64,000 nt of DNA from Dehalococcoidia bacterium (GTDB lineage: Bacteria; Chloroflexota; Dehalococcoidia; Lucifugimonadales; CAUZJF01). Shown piece after piece: positions 1-9,370 of this stretch (positions within the stretch are counted from its first letter, which is position 1; each line of letters begins with the position of its first letter). The stretch lies in NCBI GenBank assembly GCA_965237635.1, contig CBDEFX010000002.1:1983432-2047431 (forward strand). Direction: 5' to 3'. The position numbers were made by a program, and so were the translations under genes. The notes beneath the pieces were generated by a model. It did not search any database. It saw only the letters and a program-made list of their open reading frames with translations, and was not told where the DNA came from.

Positions 1-1203
1 GTCCGTTCCCCGCAGCACCCGGTAACCGGTGAGGCTCCCCCGACTGGGGGCCGTCCAGGTCAGGGTCACGCTGTTGTGGGCCGGCTGTGCCGCGGTGAGC
101 CCGGTGGGCGCCGCCGGCGAGTCGTCCTTGACCCGGGTGGTGACGGTGGCTGCCCACGGCCCGGCCGGTTTGCCACCGGGCCCTCCGCTGGTGTAGCGGG
201 TGCGGGCCTTGACCTTGAAGGTCTCCCCTTTGGCCAGCCCGGTGAGGGTGATGGACCGCTTCTCCCCGCTGGGGTACTCGTTCCCCCGGTCAGCCTCGTT
301 GGAGCGACTGTAGGAGAGGAAGTCCAGGCTTTCTTTCGCCCAGATGATCCGGTAGTCCGATGGCGCCGGGTCAGGTGCGTCCCAGGAAATGGTGAGCTTG
401 CCGGGGCTCGCGCTGGAGAGACGGAGGTTGGGGACAGAGCCGTTCCCTACCTCACGGTCAGGCTCGGCCGGCGTGGTGGCGCTGGCCGTTGTGGACTGCG
501 CCCCGCCTCCATCGGGGCTGAGGGCCAGCACCGCGTAGTGGTAGGCAGTCTCCGCGGCCACCGTGGAGTCCGTGTACTCCGTGCCCGTGCTCCCGGTGTC
601 CGCTGCGATGGCCGAGAGGGAGTTTGTGTCCACACCCCGCAGCACCCTGTAACCGGTGACGGTCCCCCGGCTGGGGGCCGTCCAGGTGAGGGTCACGCTG
701 TCATGGGCCACCTGGGGGGCGGTGAGCCCGGTGGGGGCCGCCGGCGGATCGTCCTTGACCCTTGTGGTCATGGTTTCCGTCCATGGACCGCTCCAGGGGC
801 CGTTGTTCTGCCCGCCGTTGGTGTACCGGGCGCGGGCCATGACCTTGAAGGTCTCGCCCTTGGTCAGCCCGGTGAGGGTGATGGACCGCTTCTCACCGCT
901 GGGGTACTCGTTCCCCCGATTGGCCTCGTTGGAGTTCTTGTAGGAGAGAAAGTCCAAGCCCTGTTCCGCCCAAATAATCCGGTAGTCTGACGGGGCCGGG
1001 TCGGGCGCATCCCAAGAGGCCGTCAGCTCACCGGGGGTGGCGCTGGAGAGGCGGAGGTTGGGGACGGCGCCGCGGTCGCTCTGGGCCTGGGCGCTCGTGC
1101 TGACGAGCAGGAGGGCCGCGATCATGGACATGGCCGCGAGGGTGGCCAGGGTTATGAGTACCCTCCCCGGGGTGGTGGCTGAATTCCTCTTGTTGGACAG
1201 CAT
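1..1203 (-). CDS. Secreted fibronectin type III (Fn3)-repeat protein, partial (3' end runs off the window)
   Basis: Absent from the ORF track because it has no stop inside the window. ATG at 1203-1201 (rc atgctgtccaacaag) gives MLSNKRNSATTPGRVLITLATLAAMSMIAALLLVSTSAQAQ, which is signal-peptide-like. Repeated modules follow: VPNLRLSSA.PG.LT.SWDAPDPAPSDYRIIWA...GEKRSITLTGL.KGETFKV.AR.RY and PTGLTA....H.SVTLTWTAPSRG..TGYRVLRG. The + strand ORF 76..990 is its GC-rich shadow. Confidence 0.75.
   Translation of the reverse strand, partial: MLSNKRNSATTPGRVLITLATLAAMSMIAALLLVSTSAQAQSDRGAVPNLRLSSATPGELTASWDAPDPAPSDYRIIWAEQGLDFLSYKNSNEANRGNEYPSGEKRSITLTGLTKGETFKVMARARYTNGGQNNGPWSGPWTETMTTRVKDDPPAAPTGLTAPQVAHDSVTLTWTAPSRGTVTGYRVLRGVDTNSLSAIAADTGSTGTEYTDSTVAAETAYHYAVLALSPDGGGAQSTTASATTPAEPDREVGNGSVPNLRLSSASPGKLTISWDAPDPAPSDYRIIWAKESLDFLSYSRSNEADRGNEYPSGEKRSITLTGLAKGETFKVKARTRYTSGGPGGKPAGPWAATVTTRVKDDSPAAPTGLTAAQPAHNSVTLTWTAPSRGSLTGYRVLRGTD
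11..935. repeat. Internal tandem duplication (~0.63-kb unit, about two Fn3 modules) within the Fn3 gene
   Basis: The sequence ccgcagcaccc(g/t)gtaaccggtga...gggggccgtccaggt.agggtcacgctgt occurs at ~11 and again at ~636. gaccttgaaggtctc.cc.ttgg.cagcccggtgagggtgatggaccgcttctc.ccgctggggtactcgttcccccg occurs at ~211 and ~841. Confidence 0.8.
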
Positions 1204-1711
1204 GACTGCTCTCTCCCCTTATGCCGTCGGATCGCACTCGTATGCGGCCACTCTTGGATGAGGATCTCCCCAGCGTCCGGGTCCGTCCCCGAGCCGCTCA
1301 GGGTCACCGGGGCCCCCTGGGCCACGTTGGGCTTGTCGGGTCTGCGTCCACCCAGGGCGCCTCATCAATCTCACCTGTTCCTGGGTTCATGTCTTCGTGG
1401 GATAGCCGGTCACCCACCTCGGCGGCCGTTGCTGAAGAGCTCTCCGTCCCGATCCCTCCCCAGCCTTTCAGCGTTAACGTGGAGGGCAGGCCCGCCCACG
1501 TTCTCGGGAACATCTATACGTCTGTTGGATGCCAAACGGACACTGCCTCCCCTATTGGCCAGGCTGCTAAAGAGTGTTGCATTTGCCTCCGGTGTTGCAA
1601 AAGATGAATATGGTAAAAATGGCCTTTGCCTTTTACCCATTTTTGATAGAGCGCTTTGCCTAGTCCCATTGGTACAAAGTGCTCTACTAGCATTTGGACA
1701 ATTGATGTAAA

Positions 1712-3037
1712 TTGTCAGTAGCAAACGCCGGGGACACCGCGGCTATAAGCGGATGTATTCAATGCGGCATGGTGAAAGCGAATCCAAGCCTGTCACTGCG
1801 GACTGGGAGCCTCGACTTGCCCAAGGCTGACATGGGAGCCATAGCGAAGCGGTTTTCGCCGGCGATATGGGCCGATCCCGATGTCGTGCCGTACGCGGCA
1901 AGGGTTTCGGTCTGGGGTCGCTGGTTCATCGCATTGGTCTCCGTCATCGAGATAGCCTACCGACCGGGCTTCTGGTACCCCGACGGCTGGGGGTACGTGC
2001 TCCTGCTGGCGCCGCTGGCGACCTTCAATGGCCTGGTCCACTTCCGGCTCTTGACGAACAGGCCGGTCACGTGGCGCTGGATGCTCCTCCTCAGCGCCAT
2101 GGACATTGCGCTGATCACGGCCAGCATCAGCATCGGCCCCGGGTTCGACAGCTTCGTCTTCGTGGCCTACTATCCGGCCCTCGCGCTGTTTGCCTTGGTC
2201 TTCACGTCCCTTTGGCTCGGCCTGGCCTGGACGACGATGACCGCCGCCGCCTATGCCCTCGTATGCTGGATGGCGGGCGCCGGTCTCGACATCGATGCGG
2301 GCGATGAGAAGGTGCTGGTGGGCAGGTTGGCGGCGATGTACGCCCTGGTGTTGTGCGTCAGCCTCATCACCCGGTTCGAACGCATCAGGAGGCAGACGGC
2401 GGTGGACAGGGAGCGGCAGGTGCAGCGGGAACGCATCGAGTTCTCCCAGGAGGTTCACGACACGACCGCGCAGACCGCCTACATGATTTCCCTGGGGATT
2501 CACAGGGCCAGGGAGTTGGCCGGCACGTCAAACGAGGCGCTGGTGGCCGCTCTGGATGCGACCTCGGCGCTGTCGAGGTCGGCTATGTGGGAGCTGAGAC
2601 GCCCCATCGACGCGGGCCACATCTTCGAGGGCAGGGAGCTGGGACGGGTGTTGTGGTCGCACTGTGCGACATTCGAGAAGATCACCGCCGTCCCTGCCAG
2701 GATGTCGCAGTCGGGGACCGAGCCCCCGCTCGCCACGGAGACCCGAGCCCGTCTCTTCTCCATAGCGCACAACGCGCTGACCAATGCATTCGTGCACGCC
2801 CGGCCCGGCAGGGTCGAGGTCAGGCTGAGCTTCGAGGCCGACCACATCCGGCTGTCCGTCTCGGACGACGGTGTGGGCCTCCCTGACGACTACGCCGAGC
2901 GCGGCCGCGGCTTCGACGGCATGAGGACGGACGCCGAGCAGATGAGAGGAAGGCTCATCGTGGAGAGTGGCAAGGGGGAAGGCGGAACGACCATTGCTTG
3001 CGTGGTCCCCTATGAGGCGGACCAAAGAGGAGGCTGA
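1712..3037 (+). CDS. Membrane sensor histidine kinase (HisKA_3-type H-box + HATPase_c), partner of the NarL-type regulator
   Basis: 441-aa ORF with a hydrophobic N-terminal half (WFIALVSVIEIAY, LLLSAMDIALITASISI, LALFALVFTSLWLGLAW). H-box EFSQEVHDTTAQTAYMISL, N-box HNALTNAFVHA, G-box SDDGVGLP...GRGFDGM. The TGA stop (3035-3037) lies 1 nt before the regulator ATG. The true start may be an internal Met. Confidence 0.85.
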   Translation: MSVANAGDTAAISGCIQCGMVKANPSLSLRTGSLDLPKADMGAIAKRFSPAIWADPDVVPYAARVSVWGRWFIALVSVIEIAYRPGFWYPDGWGYVLLLAPLATFNGLVHFRLLTNRPVTWRWMLLLSAMDIALITASISIGPGFDSFVFVAYYPALALFALVFTSLWLGLAWTTMTAAAYALVCWMAGAGLDIDAGDEKVLVGRLAAMYALVLCVSLITRFERIRRQTAVDRERQVQRERIEFSQEVHDTTAQTAYMISLGIHRARELAGTSNEALVAALDATSALSRSAMWELRRPIDAGHIFEGRELGRVLWSHCATFEKITAVPARMSQSGTEPPLATETRARLFSIAHNALTNAFVHARPGRVEVRLSFEADHIRLSVSDDGVGLPDDYAERGRGFDGMRTDAEQMRGRLIVESGKGEGGTTIACVVPYEADQRGG

Positions 3038-3038
3038 G

Positions 3039-3494
3039 ATGTCAACGGCAGATCGGATACGGGTGATGGTGGTGGACGATCATCCGATTATGCGGAGCGG
3101 CTTGCGGGATACGCTGGAAGCATCGGGCCGCTTCGAGGTGGTGGGGCAGGCCGAGGACGGAGAGGAGGCGGTGAGGACCGTCGAAGGGATCGACCCGCAG
3201 GTCATCGTCATGGATGTGATCATGCCGAACAAGGACGGCATCGATGCCTGCCGGGACATCATGGAACTTCTGCCCAACACACGGGTGCTGATGCTGACTG
3301 CCTCGACGGAGGAGGATGCGGTGATAGAGGCGGTCGCCGCCGGTGCGACGGGCTACCTTCAGAAGTACTCACGACCGGAGAAACTGGTGGAGGCCGTTCT
3401 GGATGTGGCAAGAGGTCGGCTGCGAATACCCGGCAAGGTGGTGCGGGAGGTATTCGCCATAGTCCGCGGCGACCGTGAGTTCGCCGCCCGCTAG
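3039..3494 (+). CDS. Response-regulator receiver domain (NarL/FixJ class), terminated by an in-frame TAG
   Basis: ATG 3039 (MSTADRIRVMVVDDHPIMRSGL...). Receiver motifs are VVDD, VIVMDVIMPNKDG, LMLTAS and YLQK. The track start at 2967 is an upstream extension overlapping the kinase. Confidence 0.8.
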   Translation: MSTADRIRVMVVDDHPIMRSGLRDTLEASGRFEVVGQAEDGEEAVRTVEGIDPQVIVMDVIMPNKDGIDACRDIMELLPNTRVLMLTASTEEDAVIEAVAAGATGYLQKYSRPEKLVEAVLDVARGRLRIPGKVVREVFAIVRGDREFAAR

Positions 3495-3506
3495 GCCCCG
3501 GACAAG

Positions 3507-3740
3507 TTGACGGCGCTGGAGCGGGAGACCCTGACGCTGTTCGCCAGCGGCAAGTCGTACACCGAGATCGCCGAGGCGAGGGGCAACAGCACCGTGACCA
3601 TCCGCAATACCCTCTACCGCATACAGGGGAAGCTGGGCGTCGGGAGGAAACAGGAGCTCGTGATCTGGGCCGTGCGGAACGGCCTGGTGGACGACGTGGT
3701 CGTGGGCAATGACCCCCAGCCGGAATCGGAGGGGCAATGA
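3507..3740 (+). CDS. LuxR/GerE-type HTH output domain, in the same reading frame as the receiver ORF
   Basis: LTALERETLTLFASGKSYTEIAEARGNSTVTIRNTLYRIQGKLGV..RQELVIWAVRNGL is the classic LuxR_C HTH. 3039 and 3507 are both 0 mod 3, so only TAG 3492-3494 plus 4 codons separates it from the receiver. The track start is a TTG. Confidence 0.7.
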   Translation: MTALERETLTLFASGKSYTEIAEARGNSTVTIRNTLYRIQGKLGVGRKQELVIWAVRNGLVDDVVVGNDPQPESEGQ

Positions 3741-3799
3741 CCCGCGACCCATAGCTGCGACGGGTCTGAGGCCAAGATCAATCAGGCGGCGCGGGTCCC

Positions 3800-3908
3800 G
3801 TGCGAGCCACCGTGAGGAGGCTGCGCCGCGAGCTCGGCGAGCACGCAGACGACCCCACCTACATCTTTGCCGAGCCGCGCGTCGGCTACTGGATGCCGAA
3901 GGGGAAGA
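3800..3908 (+). pseudogene. Fragment of an OmpR/PhoB-family winged-helix (Trans_reg_C) C-terminus
   Basis: RATVRRLRRELGEHADDPTYIFAEPRVGYWMPKG matches the extreme C-terminus of OmpR-family regulators. No receiver domain lies upstream. Reading continues into AT-richer foreign-looking DNA. Confidence 0.6.
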
Positions 3909-4602
3909 CGGTGGAAGAAGAAACTACATGTCCGAAGAGAGGCATACGTCAGAAGATATTGAAGACGGAGGAACTGAGTGAAACTGGTGCGAGGTTGGGA
4001 AAGCCGATATGCGCCGAACGTTACAGGCGGATTAAAGCTGAGCAAGGCAGGGCTTTACAGAGCGATTGGAGAAGAGGAAGGACTAGGAGATAGAAGGGAA
4101 GGCGAGTTCCGCATGCGCATGCAAGGAAAGGTCACCTCTACATCGGACGAGAGCGAGGACGCCCTTTTGCGCCTGTCGAAGGAGAACCAAGAATGCATAG
4201 ACGCTGAAACGGCAAAAGGGGTACGAGAGTCCTTGGCGATGGAACTGGACGACCCGGAGCTAGAAATAGAAATGGAGAACCTGGAACCGGGAGTGTGGGA
4301 GTCACGGCAAAACCTTAAGGTGGAAGATTCCGCACTCGGTAGCCCTTTCCTTTTCTGTTTACCGAGGGAGCCTGCAGGAATGTCCGACGTGTTGGAGTCC
4401 GATAGGCGACCGCTGCAGGACGCTCAAGGGCAAAGTGACAGCGGAGCATATCGGGCGGATTATCCTGCATCCACGTTCACGGGATATGGTGCGGTATCCG
4501 GCTGCTTGTCCCGTGTGCAAGCGTGGTGAGGGTATGGGCTGCGTGAGCCTGTACACCGGACGCGATGTTCACCCACACAAAGACCGGCCAGCGAGGTAGA
4601 GA

Positions 4603-6069
4603 ATGCAAACAGAATTAGAACAGCACGAAGCCAAGATGAAGAAATACGGACTGGTTCGTGTTCCTTCCCTTCCCCCTGACCCTGAGCGTGAACGTACACG
4701 CTTACGCAAGGTCGCCATTCTAGGCATGAACACCTACCGGAAACGTCTACCGAAGGAATCACCCGACGAATACAAGCCCGTCGTGGATTGGGAGGCCGAG
4801 ATAGCAAAGGCTATGCACGAAAAGATGACCGCACCGTTAGGCATTGGCGAATGGTTCCATGACGAACCTTGCGGCGTCCCTGACGGTGGCAAGGCGGGCC
4901 TCACACAGGCGTTCGAATTCCTAGGAGTGGAGGCGCGGTACAACACCCGTTCATCACGTGCGGAGATACGCCATGAGTCATTCGCGGACGGATGGCGCAC
5001 GATGCACGACCGCCTAGCGGCGGAGATTCGGGAAGTGTTGAGCAAGCGGTTTGAATATGAAAAGCGTGAGGGTGTCAAGACGCCGCTCAAGTTTGGGCGG
5101 GACGCCTGGGCGGACACCTTTAACGCCTACCTTTTCGGGCGGGAAGTTGACCCCTTCGCGGAGTGGCTTGACGCCTTGCCAAGGTGGGACAGAGTTGACC
5201 GTCTAGGCGGATGGCTTGAGCAGGTTTTCACCATCGACGACCCTAACGGACTGGTGGCATGGACAAGCCGCTTTATCCTTCTCGGCGCTGTCACGCGGGC
5301 CTATAAGCCAGGGGCGAAACTTGACGAAATGCCGGTGCTAATCGGTAGAGGCGGCATCGGAAAATCGACCGCTTTAAGGTACATCCTACCGCCTGAAATG
5401 CCAAGGCTGTTTTCGGACGGTCTACACCTTGCGGGAACACCCCAGGAACGGGCGGAGGCGCTGCAGGGCCGCGTCATTGTAGAGGCGTCGGAACTGGCCG
5501 GTGTCTCACGTGCGGACTTGGCAAGCCTCAAGGCGTTTCTATCACGGACGGACGACGGGGCGGTGAGACTGGCGTTTCGGCGTGACCCTGAATTGATGCT
5601 CAGGCGGGCTATCATCGTCGGCACCAGCGACGTTGAATCACCGTTACCCAACGACAGGAACCTTAGACGTTGGGCTCCGATCTACCTGCAGGGCGGGAAT
5701 CCGGCCAAGTTGCGCGAGTACCTTGACGCTAATCGGGTGCAATTATGGGCACAGGCTGTCCACGTGTACAAGGATGGTGCGGAGGCGCGTCTACCGGATG
5801 CACTAGTCAAGGAACAGTTTACCGCTACATCTAGGGCAAGGTCGCGTGACGTGGTGATTGAGGACGCGGTAGACCTATGGACAGCTAACCAGACGCAAGG
5901 CTTCACGATGGCCGAGTGTGCCGAGGGTATAGGGCTGACTGATGTAAGCAAGGGATCACGCCTACATATGCGCGATCAACACCGCTTAGGGGCGGCTCTT
6001 GATGGCCTTGGATACACCCGCAAGCGGGAGACAGTGGACGGTGTGCGCAAGTGGCTATGGAACAAATAG
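4603..6069 (+). CDS. VapE-like (virulence-associated protein E / phage-plasmid primase C-terminal helicase) P-loop protein
   Basis: P-loop MPVLIGRGGIGKST, then VIVEASEL, LKAFLSRTDD..VRLAFRRD, RRAIIVGTSD and NDRNLRRWAPIYL in the order I recognise for the VapE family. GC is lower than in the flanks. The true start may be internal. Confidence 0.7.
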   Translation: MQTELEQHEAKMKKYGLVRVPSLPPDPERERTRLRKVAILGMNTYRKRLPKESPDEYKPVVDWEAEIAKAMHEKMTAPLGIGEWFHDEPCGVPDGGKAGLTQAFEFLGVEARYNTRSSRAEIRHESFADGWRTMHDRLAAEIREVLSKRFEYEKREGVKTPLKFGRDAWADTFNAYLFGREVDPFAEWLDALPRWDRVDRLGGWLEQVFTIDDPNGLVAWTSRFILLGAVTRAYKPGAKLDEMPVLIGRGGIGKSTALRYILPPEMPRLFSDGLHLAGTPQERAEALQGRVIVEASELAGVSRADLASLKAFLSRTDDGAVRLAFRRDPELMLRRAIIVGTSDVESPLPNDRNLRRWAPIYLQGGNPAKLREYLDANRVQLWAQAVHVYKDGAEARLPDALVKEQFTATSRARSRDVVIEDAVDLWTANQTQGFTMAECAEGIGLTDVSKGSRLHMRDQHRLGAALDGLGYTRKRETVDGVRKWLWNK

Positions 6070-6166
6070 TGTTCCACGTGGAACAGAAATGGAACAGAAA
6101 ATGACGGCCAACGCGGACGTGTCCACCACTTTTACGGGCGCTCCGCTAGGAACGATTTATACCTGG

Positions 6167-6312
6167 GCTGCCTCCCTCTGCCTCCCTTTTTACAGGGTAG
6201 TACTGAAAACTTGGAAAAACTGTGTTGCAAGTGACATACAAGTGACATACAAACGTGTGATACGCATAGAGTTTCCAGTGTCTATAGGGATTAGGGAGGC
6301 AGAGGGAGGCAG
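6167..6312. repeat. Perfect 20-bp inverted repeat (6167-6186 / 6293-6312) enclosing an 11-bp tandem direct repeat; candidate ori, pac or regulatory site
   Basis: ctgcctccctctgcctccct at 6167-6186 is the exact reverse complement of agggaggcagagggaggcag at 6293-6312. The 106-nt spacer is AT-rich and contains aagtgacatac aagtgacatac in tandem. It lies between the VapE-like gene and the terminase gene. Confidence 0.7.
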
Positions 6313-6393
6313 GGCATGGGGACCCCTGAGACATTTTGGAAATGGGGGCACCACGCGCACAGTCGGGCCTATTCCGTGTAAAAAGAGGTCGAA

Positions 6394-7599
6394 ATGGAGA
6401 CTCTGAGGGCGTTTCAAACACGGTTCCTAGCGGGCGCTTTGGCCCCTGGGACGGACGTTGCGGCCCTTAGCATACCCAGGGGCAACGGTAAGTCATTCCT
6501 TGCGGCTCATATCCTGCATCGGTGCCTTACCCCAGGCGACCCGCTCCACGTTTCCGGTGCCGAGTACCTACTTTGTGCGGCATCCATCGAGCAAAGTAGG
6601 CTTGTCTACAGGTTCATCCGTGCGGAGCTTGAGGGTGACACGGAATACCGCCTTGTGGACAGCACAACGCGCCTCGGAATCACCCATAAACCGTCAAATA
6701 CCCGTCTCCGTGTGCTGTCTTCCAACGGTAAAACGGCGTTCGGAATCGTGAACTGTCCGATTCTAGTAGCAGACGAACCAGGCAGTTGGGAAATTGTAGG
6801 CGGAACCTTGATGTACGACGCGATTGTGACGGCTTTGGGCAAGCCTGGCTCACCGATGAAGGCGCTTTTCATTGGCACACTTGCGCCGAGCTTTGACGGA
6901 TGGTGGCACAACCTTGTCAACGACGGGAGCGGCCCGACGACCTACATTCAGGCGCTCAAGGGCGACCCGAACCGTTGGGATAAGTGGGGTGAGATTCGTA
7001 GAGTCAACCCGCTAACGGCCATCTCCCCTGAATTCAGAAAACGTCTCCTAATCGAGCGTGACGCGGCCCGTCTGGACAGTCGGTTACTGGCCCGTTTCAA
7101 GTCCTACCGTCTCAACCTGCCGTCGGGCGACGAAAGTGAGGTACTTTTGACCGTGGACGACTGGACAACGATAGAGTCCCGGCCCGTCCCTAAGCGTGTT
7201 GGAAAGCCTATCGTCGCTGTAGACCTTGGAGGCGGTCGCGCATGGAGTAGTGCGGTCGCTCTTTGGGGTAACGGTAGAGTAGAGGCGCGGGCTATTGCTC
7301 CGGGTATCCCTGACCTTGCCGAGCAGGAGCGGCGCGACCGTGCGCCTACTGGTCAGTATGCCGCCCTCTTTGATAGCGGCCAGCTTGACGTTGCGGAGGG
7401 CTTACGGGTACAGCCTCCTAAGATGCTTTGGGAGTTGATTATGTCAAGTTGGGGTAAACCGCGTGTGGTCGTCTGTGACAGATTCAGGCTCTTGGAACTT
7501 CAGGACGCAACAAGTAACGGCGTGACCGGGCGGCCTGTCCGCCCCTTGTGCTTCTTTTTGTTTTTCATGCTTCACCCATCCTGTAGGTTTGTTGAGTAG
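6394..7599 (+). pseudogene. Phage terminase large subunit (TerL), 3'-truncated
   Basis: IPRGNGKSFLAA (Walker A-like) and ILVADEPGSWE (Walker B), then VAVDLGGGRAWSS at the start of the nuclease half. The last ~20 codons (RPVRPLCFFLFFMLHPSCRFVE) look like non-homologous read-through overlapping a converging minus-strand ORF. The native 3' end after ~7535 is therefore missing. Confidence 0.65.
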
Positions 7600-7721
7600 G
7601 TCGTGCCATGCGCGCCGGGCCACTTGGTCTTGCCGCTCATCCAGCTCCGCGCCAATTGTCCGTAGAAGGTCTATGCGCCACCCATCCGCCAATAGCAGGA
7701 AGGCCGATTCCATAAAGGGGA

Positions 7722-8117
7722 CTACGTGTTCTTGCGCTTCATACTACCCTCCGTTACCGCCGGTCTTCGGATCATGGCTTCAATATCTGCAATGACTTCT
7801 TCCTCCAATTCGGTAGCTAAGTCGCGCATCTCGAATGCTCGCACGACCAATCCGCCGATCTCGTCGCGCACGCCGTGTGGGGGATCGGGAATCAAGACCT
7901 CCCTCGTGTCCTCAGCAGTCAACTCGTCAACCACGCCACCATAGATTTTAGAAGTCAGTTGGTGCCGTCCATAGGGATTCATCAGGAAGGCGGCCACGTA
8001 TCCTGCATGTGTTAGGGCAACATCTGGAATGATCCTAAGAATATGCTGGGATTGAGGTGGTACCCAAAAACTAGACAACTGGCTAAGAGAGAGTCCAGCT
8101 CCTAAAATAACCGGCAA
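7722..8117 (-). pseudogene. C-terminal fragment of an HsdS-like (R-M specificity-like) protein
   Basis: SQHILRIIPDVALTHAGYVAAFLMNPYGRHQL followed by a helical tail resembles the end of a target-recognition domain plus conserved helix. It abuts the IS3 left end, and a TAG sits immediately upstream of the TTG start. Confidence 0.4.
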
Positions 8118-8141
8118 CTAACCGACGTGGAGGAGCAGGAC

Positions 8142-8426
8142 ATGAAGCAGACGAGGAATAAGCACAGTCCGGCGTTCAAGGCCAAGGTGGCCTTGGCCGC
8201 CCTTGCGGGGGAAGAGACCATCGCCCAGCTGGCCAGCCGATTTGAGGTCCATCCCAGTCAGATTCACGCCTGGAAAAGGGCCCTGGCGGAAGGAGCCCCG
8301 GAGCTATTTGCCACCAATCAGAAATCCCAGGAGAAAGCCAAGGAAGCTCAGATTAACCACCTCTACCGGCACATCGGCCAGCTGAAGGTGGAACGCGATT
8401 TTTTGTCGGAAAGGTCCGGTCTATGA
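8142..8426 (+). CDS. IS3-family transposase OrfA (HTH)
   Basis: [48 protein letters not shown] plus a leucine-zipper-like tail ([18 protein letters not shown]). The track start at 8127 is an upstream GTG. Confidence 0.85.
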   Translation: MKQTRNKHSPAFKAKVALAALAGEETIAQLASRFEVHPSQIHAWKRALAEGAPELFATNQKSQEKAKEAQINHLYRHIGQLKVERDFLSERSGL

Positions 8427-9358
8427 GTCGCAGCATACGGCGAGCCATGATAGACCGAGACCACCAGCAGCTGTCTTTGGTGCGTCAATGTATCCTGCTG
8501 GACGTCAGCCGGGCCTCGGTGTACTACCGGTCGGTACCGACCAGGGCAGAAGACCTGGAGTTGATGGCCCTGATGGACCGTCAGTATTTGAAGACCCCCT
8601 TCTACGGCTCCAGGAAGATGAAGGCCTGGCTGCTGCAACAGGGCTATCTGGTGAGCCGAAAAAGGGTTCGAAGGCTGATGCGGTTGATGGGTCTGGAAGC
8701 CATCTACCGGCGTCCCAACACCAGCAAACCAGCGCCGGGACACCGGATCTTTCCCTATCTGCTGAAGGGAGTGGAGGTTAATCGGGTCGACCAGGTCTGG
8801 GCCGCGGACATCACCTACATCCCCATGCCGAAGGGCTTCCTGTACCTGGTGGCCATCATGGACTGGCACAGCCGGCACGTGCTGGCCTGGAAGCTCTCCA
8901 ACACCATGGACACCAGCTTCTGCGTGGCGGCGTTGGAGGAAGCCCTGGGTAAGGGACGACCGGAGATATTCAACACCGACCAGGGGAGTCAGTTCACCAG
9001 TGAGGCCTTTACCCAGACGTTGCAGGAGCAGAGGGTCCAGGTCAGCATGGATGGTAAGGGTAGGTACCTGGACAACATCTTCGTGGAGCGGCTGTGGCGG
9101 AGCATCAAGTACGAGGAGGTGTATCTGAAAGCTTACCAGACCGTCGCCGAGGCCCGAACTGGGATCAATGCCTACCTGGAGTTCTACAACCGGCAGAGGC
9201 CTCACCAGGCTTTGGGCTACCGGACCCCAGCAGAGGTGTACCAACATGGCCAGGAAGAAAGGGGAGCAGCAGCTGAAGAAGCAGGGCTGCCATCGGGCTT
9301 GGTGAAACCTAGCGCAGGGGTGGGAGACTCTCTTAATTTAGCCCTCGTGCTGTCTTAA
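8423..9358 (+). CDS. IS3-family transposase OrfB (rve integrase core, DDE)
   Basis: [22 protein letters not shown] and [14 protein letters not shown]...[15 protein letters not shown] are typical DDE integrase-core motifs. Its ATG overlaps the orfA stop (ATGA). Confidence 0.9.
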   Translation: MSRSIRRAMIDRDHQQLSLVRQCILLDVSRASVYYRSVPTRAEDLELMALMDRQYLKTPFYGSRKMKAWLLQQGYLVSRKRVRRLMRLMGLEAIYRRPNTSKPAPGHRIFPYLLKGVEVNRVDQVWAADITYIPMPKGFLYLVAIMDWHSRHVLAWKLSNTMDTSFCVAALEEALGKGRPEIFNTDQGSQFTSEAFTQTLQEQRVQVSMDGKGRYLDNIFVERLWRSIKYEEVYLKAYQTVAEARTGINAYLEFYNRQRPHQALGYRTPAEVYQHGQEERGAAAEEAGLPSGLVKPSAGVGDSLNLALVLS

Positions 9359-9370
9359 TAATGGGGTCCA

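Larger units (their letters stand above)
8128..9370 (+). mobile_element. IS3-family insertion sequence (~1.24 kb, orfA/orfB)
   Basis: Two overlapping ORFs with orfB in the -1 frame. The ends are approximately TGGAGGAGC... and ...GGGGTCCA (TG...CA), sharing only a short GTGGA core. No target duplication is seen, and the two flanks are different genes, so the insertion is associated with a rearrangement. Confidence 0.75.

Noticed and set aside
76-990. Long + strand ORF (304 aa) and neighbouring ORFs at 447..1710
   Set aside because: Gly/Arg/Pro-rich low-complexity translation lying antisense to a convincing Fn3-repeat gene. This is a typical high-GC shadow ORF.
3978-4529. 183-aa ORF upstream of the VapE-like gene, and the 89-aa minus-strand ORF at 7444..7713
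   Set aside because: Both may be real phage or R-M-associated genes, but they have no recognisable motifs. The second overlaps the non-native tail of the truncated terminase. I cannot support a call for either.
8363-9247. 294-aa minus-strand ORF across the IS3 orfB
   Set aside because: It lies antisense to a clear DDE transposase and has no motifs. It is a shadow ORF. The same reasoning applies to 22328..23014, 23072..23857, 57523..58221 and 58279..58965 (antisense to the IS1380 transposases). It also applies to 41554..43188 (antisense to the IS1182/IS5-like transposase) and to 38371..39003, 28859..29674 and 25514..26077.
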